In this document: in pieces, positions 20,928 through 29,102 of the stretch | Numbering within the stretch: the first letter of the stretch is position 1 | Layout of the letters: every line of letters starts with the position of its first letter | Source of the DNA: Macrostomum lignano | Taxonomy: Eukaryota | Direction: 5' to 3' | NCBI GenBank assembly: GCA_002269645.1 | Contig: NIVC01001097.1 | Span: 1 to 64,000, forward strand | DNA: 64,000 bases | Made by a program: the position numbers and the translations under genes | The notes under the pieces: generated by a model | What the model was told of the DNA's origin: nothing | What the model saw: only the letters and a program-made list of their open reading frames with translations | The model's database searches: none

Positions 20928-23900
20928 CTAGGCGCTGTTGCTTAAATGTCCATTCCTCGAACACAGACGCACTATAGTGTTCAAGAAACGCTGAGGCTTA
21001 CGCACCAGACGGCCGGAACGGGTCGTCGTAATCGGCGTAGTGACTGGACCAGCTGGAAATGCTTCCACTTTATCACCATCCACGGTATCTTGCGCTGGTG
21101 GTGTCTCTCGACTACAATGGCTGCCACTCGTTGGACTTTCTGGACGCGAGCCGTCCATTGCAGGCATGGTAGTGCTGCTTTCATGGACTCGAGATTCTGG
21201 CAGCTGTTCTTCTGTGTTGTTCGGCGGTACTTCCACTTCTGCACCAATTTCAGGTACCTGGTAATCCTGTTGCAGATTGCCCGAGTCTGCCACTCCTACG
21301 AAAGCGCTAGGCACGCTTGACAACTGGTTTCGTGCTAAACGATCAGGCGACGATGTGCACAGAAAATCAGGCGCTACTGTGCGCGGTGGATTAGGCGCTG
21401 GTGGGTGCGGTGGATCAGGCGCTGGTGGGTGCGGTGGATCAGGCGCTGATGTGTGCGGTGGATCAGGCGCTGATGTGTGCGGTGGATCAGGCGCTGATGT
21501 GTGCGGTGGATCAGGCGCTGATGTGTGCGGTGGATCAGGCGCTGATGTGCGCGGTGGATCAGGCGCTGATGTGTGCGGTGGATCAGGCGCTGATGTGCGC
21601 GGTGGATCAGGCGCTGGTGTGTGCGGTGGATCAGGCGCTGATGTGTGCGGTGGATCAGGCGCTTCGTCATCCTGCGTGTTGGGAACTTCAGCTTCTGGTT
21701 CCGGCTCACTGCAGGTAGTGGCCGATGGACCCCAGGAGTCACTGCGAGACTCGGATTGATCATCGAGTTGGCCTAATCTCGAAGGCGGAATCAGAGCTGG
21801 GACCCTGAGTTCGAACCGGTCGGCGATATCTTGGTACGTTTGCTTGCGGATACACCGCTTCATTCGGTCTACGTTGTAGATGTTATGACTCGGATTTGGT
21901 GTTTGGCAGATTGGATTGATGCGAGCGAATTCGGGAATGAGGCGGTAGTTTCGCTCAGAAACCTTTTGAACTACTTTGTATGGCCCTAACCAGACGGCTG
22001 AGTCTAATCCCCGATGGTCGGGGTTGAGTACCCACACCAGTTCTCCGATTTCGAAGTTGGAGTGAATGGTATTACGATCATAATTCCGCTTTTGCCTCTG
22101 TTGGGCCTTACCTCGCTCCATGCGGTCGATCGCCGATACCTCCACCAATAGTTTGTGCAGCTTGTGTGCATAACAGTCTGGATCATACCTGTCGTGCCTT
22201 GGCGGGTTGAACAGCAGGTCTAGAGGCAGCACAAGTTCCCGACCGAAAAAGAGCCTGGCTGGGGTCCAGCCTGTGGATTCGGCCACAGTCGTCCGGATTG
22301 AAAGACCGGCCAAACGAGCTGCATAGACCCAATTGACTCTTTTTTCAAGGCAGATTGCACGAATCTGCGCTTTGATTGATTGTATGGTCCTTTCCGCTTT
22401 ACCGTTTGATTGCGGCCTGTGTGCGGTGATACGTGCCATATCTATTTCAAGTAGTCTGGTGAGCTCGGCTACCGTTTTATTTATGAAGGCCGTGCCATTA
22501 TCCGAAACAAGTTTCTCCATAGTGCCATATCGAACTATCCACTCGGTTAGTATAACTGTGGCGGTAGTTGCGGCCGAGACGTCTGGGACAGGCACGATCT
22601 CTACATACCCAGAAAAGTTATCTACTAGCACCAGCAAGTAACGGTTGCCCTCCTGCTCTGGGAAAGGCCCTGCGTGGTCAACGTGCACAATTTGATTTGG
22701 ATAGCCTGATAAAATTGGTTCTAATGGTTCTTTATTCTTCCGTTTGTTCTTCTTAGTGCGGCAGCATACCTCGCATTCAGCAATGATTCCCTTCACGAAC
22801 ACTTCGAGGTTTGTGATTTGGAACCTTTGTTTTAAGGCCCGGACTGTTTTGTTGATTCCGCAGTGATTAATGTCTCTGTGATAGCAGGAAACTAGTTCAT
22901 CAACATCTGCTGTCTCTGGTATAATTACGAGGCGCTGACTGACTTGGCTCTGCTTAGCGGGTTTGACGCGAGTCAGAAGGCCATTTACAACCTCGAGTTC
23001 GTCAAACATGGCCCAAAGCGTTCGAATTTCACGACTGCAGTCCTGGACTTCAACCTTAGTTAGTCTTGGAGATTTCCCTTCAACGGCCTCAATCAATCTC
23101 ACGAGATCTGTGCTAGACTCTTGAGCTTCTCTAGCCCATAGATTCTCGGACTTTGCTGACATCTCATCCTCAGATGTATCTCCCTCCGGGTCCGGTTCCT
23201 GGGCTGCCGAAGGCAAGCTAAGGGACCGATGACTTCTGACCTCATCTGACCCTTCATGGCTGGTCAAAAACTCGGAAGGGTAATTCGGCTCTTGGTTTGA
23301 TTGTTGGGACTCCGTCTGGCAGCAAGCGTCTATTTGTGCTGTTCTCAGCTGCACAGCGGGCATGCTGTCTGTATCCTCATCCTCGTCCTGGCACCTTTGC
23401 TCCTCCAACTTCCTAAATTTGTCTTGGAAAGCGGGGATTTTGCTGCACGTTGGGCAGTCTTGGTGATCTGACCTAAACCTGGGGTTGCGGCTGAGCATAT
23501 CCGCGTTAACATGATCACGGCCAGGACGATGCTCCACTGAGAAGTCATACTCCGCAAGTCGTTCCAGTGGTGTCTGACATACCTTAAAGTTGTAGACGTC
23601 AATGGTTGCGAGCCACTGAGCTAGCATGCCCGTGCTATGTTTTTTGGTGTGTAGCCACTGCAAGGCTGCTGCATCGGAGCGCACCAAAAAACTGCGGTCC
23701 AAGAGGTACGTTCTGAAGTGCTCTAACATAATGACCAAGCCAAGTAGTTCGCGCATAGTAGCACAATAGTTCCGCTGAGAGTGCGTGAATTTCTTGGACG
23801 CGTACGCCACAACGTGTTCTTGTCCATCTGGGCCTTCTTGTGACAATACTCCGCCAACCCCTTCGAGCGAGGAGTCACAGTCCAAGATGAAGGGTCCAGC

Positions 23901-26900
23901 TGACGGCTTGAGGTCAGGATATGCTAGAACTGGAGGAGCACATAAATTGGCCTTCAATTCTTCAAATGCTCTGTCGTGATGTTCGAGCCAGCAGAATTTT
24001 GATGACCCTTTGGCCAACGAATACAGAGGAGATGCGATTACAGAAAATCGAGCTACAAATTTCCTGTAATAATTCGCGAATCCCAGGAAAGCTAGTAACT
24101 GCCTCTTGTCTGTTGGCTTGCACCAGTTTCTAACAGCGTCGATCTTAGCCGGATCTGCTTCTATGCCCTGGGAGGAGACGACGAATCCTAAGAAACGAAC
24201 TCGATCCTTAAAAAGTTCACATTTCGATGGCTTGATTTTTAGATTGGCCTTTTTAAGTTGCCAAAGGACAAGAGCCAGGTGGACGATCATTTCGTCATTG
24301 TCTCTGGCTTTTATAATGATGTCGTCCAAGTATATGAGGCTGACGCGCATTAATAAAGGTCGGAAAACTTTGTGCATCAACTTGGCAAAGTTCGCTGGGG
24401 CTGTTTTTATACCAAATGGGACAACTTTCCAGCGATAGGTCCCCTGGGGACATGTGAAGGCCGTGAGATCACGGTCCTGTTCTCGGATACCTACCTGCCA
24501 GTAGGCAGATGTAAGATCTAAACTTGAGAATACCTTTGACCCCGCTAAGCTATCAAAGGACTCCTCTATTAGAGGTAGCGGAAAGGTGCACGGTTTTATG
24601 ACTTTGTTGACACTACGGTAATCAATGCAAAGGCGCTGCGAGCCATCTTTTTTCCTAACTAAGACTATGGGGGAAGCCCATTCTGAGTTGCTTTCTTCGA
24701 TTACTCCTTGTTCAATTAGCTGGTTTATGTGCCGATCTAAAAATTCTTTTTGCGCTGGTGTTGTGCGTCTTGAGGGTTGCGAGATGGGTCGGCAGGTTGG
24801 TTCGTTGAGCTCAATAGCCATCTCGTGAAGGTGTGTTTTCCCTAAATCCGTGTCACTTTTAGATATCGCACTGAGGAAATGATTTAACAGTTTTAATGTC
24901 ACTGTCAACTGGGTTTCTGACAGGGTGGACTCTTCTAGTTTGAACTGCTTCTTTAGCCAAGATGCTGTGCCAAGATCAGGGTCAGGAAGTTTAGCAAGCT
25001 TGGTTCCCAGATCTTTGGAACTGCTAACTGAGAAGTCCTTCTCGGTGAGAGCAGTGTGCGAGATGGTCTCACCAACTCTTAGGCTTTGAAAGGAGGCGAT
25101 CTCCTGTCCCGCAGCAATTTCGGACGGCTGGTTGCCACTATTCAATAGGCGTACCAGGACATGACCAGTGCTGCTCACACTATCCACAGAATGAGCCACA
25201 AAGAATTCCGAGTCAGAACAAAAGAGCTTGGTGCCCAGGAATCCAGGAGAGCCAGGATCTGCACCAATGACTCGGCTTGGCACCATGGTCTCTGATCTGG
25301 GGGGTAACTGCACGTTGCAGGCCGCAGTGACTCTGCGAGCTTGAAAGACTCCCCGATCGCCTTCAATCACAGGTACCACTTCGCCCGCTACAGTTACCTG
25401 ACCATCTGCAACAAGCAGGTTCACGTTGAAACCTCTCATAAAGTCTATTCCTAAGAGGACGTCTGTAACTTGACCTTCTGTGACTAGGAACACGTGAGTC
25501 TGTGATATTTTGCCCAGCTTGACTTCACAGTGTAGGGTGCCTAGAATCTGTGTCGAGGTACCATTAAATGCTGTTGCCGCTTGGTAATTTCTAGCAGGAA
25601 TAAATGTATTGTTGATTGGATCGTTTGCAATCAGTTGGTCTCTGACTTTGGTGCCCATGACGCTTGCATTGCAACCTGAATCAAGGCAAGCGATGACCTT
25701 GTTGTCTCCAATTCCCAACTGCACAAACATACTAGACTCGACTGGAGTATCGGCCGCCCAGGATTGGTCACATCGGACAGGCATTTGGTAGCGACAGACC
25801 CCTACTGCTCTATCATGTTTGTGACCAGGATCTGCTCGGCGTAAGAATTGCACAGTTGTGCCTACTAACTGATGGCTGTTTGCAACCTGCTTTAACTCGT
25901 TGTCAAGGCTGGAATAATGGCAAAAGAGGGAGTCTGGCATCTGACTTGGCTGGATAAAGCCAAATCCACCTTTCCAAGCCGTTATGGTTCCTATTTCCAT
26001 CATTGGGGCCATACTGGTTGGTCTTCCACCTGCCCCTACCCCATTGGAGAGCGGTGGTTTCGGGCAGTCCGCAGTTAAATGGTCATGGTCACTGCACCGA
26101 TTGCATCGCTTAGGGGATTTAGACCAACGACTACTGTTCTTGTACTGGCCAGATTGTCCCAGATTGACAGGCGGCACTTGTGAAGGAAAGTTCTGAAAAT
26201 CTTTTGGATTGTGATCTGAAGACTGAGTGGTCTGATTCTGTTGAACTAGTTTTTCAAGCTCGCGGATTCGGGCTTCTAATTCTGCTGTTCTGTCAGGGGC
26301 GGCAGCTCTGATTACTGGAGTTACTTCACTAGATAAGAGCTTCTTGACACCTGCAATTTCCCTGGCCTTTTTTGCTAAATCTTCCGCAGACCATGTTGGG
26401 TTTTCTTGACCCAGGAGGATCAGTCTTTCAGCAAGACCCTTATCTCTCAGACCATAGCAAAACCGAGCTCGCACCAAGGGTTCGGCGGTAGGTTTTTTAA
26501 GATTAGCAGACTTTGATAGTCTTGTTAGTCTGTCAAAGAACTCCTGTGTTGTTTCCGAGTTTAACTGTTCGGCAACCGCAAGCTCTAAGTAGCTTTTGTG
26601 TTCTGTTCCCGAATCTGTGAATCGATCTTTCAGACTTTTTAGTGCAGTTTGAATGGACTCGCGGTGCAGAGAGTTGTTAAAAATGAATTCTTGGCACTCA
26701 GGTGCGAGCATTGACAATAGGACAGCTGGTTGCTGAGGTGTTGGGACATGATGAGCTTCAACATAAGTCAGAAACTGTGTCTCCCATAGTTCGAAATTCA
26801 TTTGGGGTTGAAAGGGTGGTGGTGGTCGTAGCTTTGGGCTCGAGTTTGAAAGTTTCTCAGCTGCTGCGGAAGCCTCTCTGTCACAAGTTTTCTCTAGGAT

Positions 26901-27131
26901 CATTGTTAGAGTCTGGAGGACCTTACTTAAGTCTGACTGGTCTGCCATACCATGTGGTGGTTTCGCATCCCTACTTGTGTCTCCAACCTGTGCAGCCTGT
27001 TGGCTTGAGGCACCAGCTTCAGGTGGCGTTGATGTGCTACTCTCTGTCTGCAACTGTAAAACCTGCTGGCCCTGGCCAGCAGCCCCATTGGGCGACAAGG
27101 CCTCATCACTTTCTTCGTTAGAAGAGGACAT
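20928..27131 (-). CDS. Single-ORF Gag-Pol polyprotein (2067 aa): Gag, CCHC knuckle, cold-shock domain, aspartic protease, dUTPase-like relic, RT, RNase H, integrase, Pro-rich tail
   Basis: CNRCSDHDHLTADC; KGGFGFIQP...LFCHYS; CLDSG; PIVLVRKKDG/RLCIDYR; YLDD; DCDSS/VVAYAS; HRDINH..CEVC; HVDH/DNG/PQSNGKAER; WLGPYKV. Confidence 0.97.
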   Translation of the reverse strand: MSSSNEESDEALSPNGAAGQGQQVLQLQTESSTSTPPEAGASSQQAAQVGDTSRDAKPPHGMADQSDLSKVLQTLTMILEKTCDREASAAAEKLSNSSPKLRPPPPFQPQMNFELWETQFLTYVEAHHVPTPQQPAVLLSMLAPECQEFIFNNSLHRESIQTALKSLKDRFTDSGTEHKSYLELAVAEQLNSETTQEFFDRLTRLSKSANLKKPTAEPLVRARFCYGLRDKGLAERLILLGQENPTWSAEDLAKKAREIAGVKKLLSSEVTPVIRAAAPDRTAELEARIRELEKLVQQNQTTQSSDHNPKDFQNFPSQVPPVNLGQSGQYKNSSRWSKSPKRCNRCSDHDHLTADCPKPPLSNGVGAGGRPTSMAPMMEIGTITAWKGGFGFIQPSQMPDSLFCHYSSLDNELKQVANSHQLVGTTVQFLRRADPGHKHDRAVGVCRYQMPVRCDQSWAADTPVESSMFVQLGIGDNKVIACLDSGCNASVMGTKVRDQLIANDPINNTFIPARNYQAATAFNGTSTQILGTLHCEVKLGKISQTHVFLVTEGQVTDVLLGIDFMRGFNVNLLVADGQVTVAGEVVPVIEGDRGVFQARRVTAACNVQLPPRSETMVPSRVIGADPGSPGFLGTKLFCSDSEFFVAHSVDSVSSTGHVLVRLLNSGNQPSEIAAGQEIASFQSLRVGETISHTALTEKDFSVSSSKDLGTKLAKLPDPDLGTASWLKKQFKLEESTLSETQLTVTLKLLNHFLSAISKSDTDLGKTHLHEMAIELNEPTCRPISQPSRRTTPAQKEFLDRHINQLIEQGVIEESNSEWASPIVLVRKKDGSQRLCIDYRSVNKVIKPCTFPLPLIEESFDSLAGSKVFSSLDLTSAYWQVGIREQDRDLTAFTCPQGTYRWKVVPFGIKTAPANFAKLMHKVFRPLLMRVSLIYLDDIIIKARDNDEMIVHLALVLWQLKKANLKIKPSKCELFKDRVRFLGFVVSSQGIEADPAKIDAVRNWCKPTDKRQLLAFLGFANYYRKFVARFSVIASPLYSLAKGSSKFCWLEHHDRAFEELKANLCAPPVLAYPDLKPSAGPFILDCDSSLEGVGGVLSQEGPDGQEHVVAYASKKFTHSQRNYCATMRELLGLVIMLEHFRTYLLDRSFLVRSDAAALQWLHTKKHSTGMLAQWLATIDVYNFKVCQTPLERLAEYDFSVEHRPGRDHVNADMLSRNPRFRSDHQDCPTCSKIPAFQDKFRKLEEQRCQDEDEDTDSMPAVQLRTAQIDACCQTESQQSNQEPNYPSEFLTSHEGSDEVRSHRSLSLPSAAQEPDPEGDTSEDEMSAKSENLWAREAQESSTDLVRLIEAVEGKSPRLTKVEVQDCSREIRTLWAMFDELEVVNGLLTRVKPAKQSQVSQRLVIIPETADVDELVSCYHRDINHCGINKTVRALKQRFQITNLEVFVKGIIAECEVCCRTKKNKRKNKEPLEPILSGYPNQIVHVDHAGPFPEQEGNRYLLVLVDNFSGYVEIVPVPDVSAATTATVILTEWIVRYGTMEKLVSDNGTAFINKTVAELTRLLEIDMARITAHRPQSNGKAERTIQSIKAQIRAICLEKRVNWVYAARLAGLSIRTTVAESTGWTPARLFFGRELVLPLDLLFNPPRHDRYDPDCYAHKLHKLLVEVSAIDRMERGKAQQRQKRNYDRNTIHSNFEIGELVWVLNPDHRGLDSAVWLGPYKVVQKVSERNYRLIPEFARINPICQTPNPSHNIYNVDRMKRCIRKQTYQDIADRFELRVPALIPPSRLGQLDDQSESRSDSWGPSATTCSEPEPEAEVPNTQDDEAPDPPHTSAPDPPHTPAPDPPRTSAPDPPHTSAPDPPRTSAPDPPHTSAPDPPHTSAPDPPHTSAPDPPHTSAPDPPHPPAPDPPHPPAPNPPRTVAPDFLCTSSPDRLARNQLSSVPSAFVGVADSGNLQQDYQVPEIGAEVEVPPNNTEEQLPESRVHESSTTMPAMDGSRPESPTSGSHCSRETPPAQDTVDGDKVEAFPAGPVTTPITTTRSGRLVRKPQRFLNTIVRLCSRNGHLSNSA
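21385..21665 (-). repeat. 24-bp in-frame repeat encoding (DPPHTSAP)n in the integrase C-terminal tail
   Basis: About 12 units visible in the ORF translation. Confidence 0.9.
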
Positions 27132-27755
27132 TAGGAGACGAGATATGACAGATATTGATTTGCCAGAGAATGGCGAGAGGAAAGGCCAGATAATAAATAC
27201 ACGAGAGAAGTCTGGCAGAGTTAAAGAGCCTCACTACAATTCCTAGAAAAATTAAACTAACCCAGAAAATATTATACTGGCTCTGCCAGACAGGCCCTAT
27301 GTTCCTAAGCAGAGTTGAATACTAAGAAAACTCCCTCACCTAGCTGGTCTCTGCCACTGCCACGTGATTCGGTGTAGTTTTGGGTTGCCGCCGGCGTTGG
27401 CTTGGCCTCCCGGCTTAAGCTCAAGTTGTTGTTGGTCAGTTGGTCTCTTGGCGCTTGTACTTGTGGTGCAGTCTCGATTGGCTGACTCTGACTGGCGTTG
27501 ATTCTGACTGGGGTATCGTTGCGCGCAACCCCAAAGGACGAAAACTTGCAGGCAGTCGGGCAGGTAGCTTCTGGTTGGCCAGCTAAGGGGTGTCTCGCGG
27601 TCACGTGATGGCGGGGGTTTGTCTCGCTCTCGCTGTTGGATGCAGGAGCACTTGACACTAGCTTGGTCTTCTAGAGTACCTGTGCACGGCTGCAGATACT
27701 TGATGGCATATAGCCGTATGCGAGCTGAATCCGAGCTGATGCGAGTTCGACGAAT

Positions 27756-27771
27756 TCGGTGGGACCCTCCA
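27756..27771 (-). promoter_or_regulatory. Primer-binding site, probably for tRNA-Gln
   Basis: Minus strand TGGAGGGTCCCACCGA, 6 nt after the 5' LTR. The plus strand TCGGTGGGACCCTCCA matches the metazoan tRNA-Gln 3' end (TCGGTGGGACCTCCA, recalled from memory) with one extra C. Confidence 0.65.
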
Positions 27772-27777
27772 AATTTA

Positions 27778-28228
27778 TGTGACGAGTTTATTTAGTTCGA
27801 GAACATGGGACTGATGCGCGTGCGCGTGCTGAGTCTTAGTGCTAATCTTGTCATAGGCCAATATACGTACGTATTATTAATTTAACAGCTCAATTGCTAG
27901 TCTGAATAATGGCGGATAGGTCAGAACAGTATGGCAATGCCAATTATTTACCAAAGATTAACCTGAGACGTCAAAATAATGCTAATGCCACTGAGCCTAC
28001 GGGAGCTAAGACCACACACAGCGCGCGAGCATCACACAAAAACTATCAAGAATCAAAATTTGAATAACCGCACTAATTGAAAATAGAAAAACAAAATTAA
28101 ACCAAATGGGGAAGTAACTAAAAAATAGTTACAAACATTAGACCAAAATAGATATAGTTATAAATATTAATTGCAAACACCATAAATACGAAATTGAACA
28201 TTTTCAATACAGAAGCGACGACGTTACA
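27778..28228 (-). repeat. 5' LTR of the Gypsy element
   Basis: Matches 19505-19955. Confidence 0.97.
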
Positions 28229-29102
28229 CAGGAGGCAGCATTACACTTACACTTAAGGTGCATGTAACTTCACGATCAAATTCTATTTCGTAATCTGAAT
28301 TTTTTAGTTTAGATTAGTGAATCGGATGTGTAAAACATTTTTCAAGGAATCAATCATGTTTTTTTAGATTTATCGAAATTCCAAAATGAAGCCTAAGGCT
28401 AAGCAAGGATGGATTATTAGATAACTGCCTGCAGAAGACTGCCGGATCCCTAGCCATTAGAAAACAGGTTCTGGTGCCGTAACTCTAGCCATTACCACAA
28501 GGATGGTGCCCAGGCCTATGCTATTGAGTATTGCTATATAATAAATTAGATTTAGGTGTATATAGTGATAAAGTTTTTTAACATTGCTTAGCAATTCTAT
28601 ATGCTAAACAAATGTATTGTATCTTTTTTGACCAGCATTAGCCATGAGACATCTTAATTCTATATTTTTTTGGTCATCAAATGTATGGCCATGGCCATTA
28701 TATATTATGTAAGGCTTAGGGGGCCTATTATAGGAATAATTTGTAGGCTGTTTTTGAGGCTATAAATATAGATGCAAGTGACATTAGAAAGTCTTAAGTT
28801 TGTATACAAGATTTGATTCTATTTGCTTTTGAAATGGCTAAGTACAAGCCATAGTTTGGATCATGCTAAATATATACCAACCAATAATATACAAGTATAT
28901 ATACTTAGTATATACTCATCATTGTACAATGTACACCAATACTAAGTAAATGCAGTCCAATACCAATTGTAGGTGCAACAATAAAGGACTTTTTTGCAGT
29001 TGCAATAATAAAGCCAAGGACCTTTTCAGTGGCTTTCATTTTTACAACATAACTTTTTATTAAAACTAAAGTCTAAACTAATGTCAATGATACAGCCTAT
29101 AT

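Larger units (their letters stand above)
19505..28228 (-). mobile_element. Full-length, recently inserted Ty3/Gypsy LTR retrotransposon (8.7 kb)
   Basis: 451-bp TG...CA LTRs (19505-19955, 27778-28228) appear identical by eye; 4-bp TSD CAGG; PBS, PPT and an intact gag-pol ORF. Confidence 0.97.

Noticed and set aside
25070-25320. dUTPase-like segment between protease and RT as a novelty
   Set aside because: Degenerate dUTPase-like spacers at this position are already known in Gypsy elements, and the catalytic motifs are not evident.
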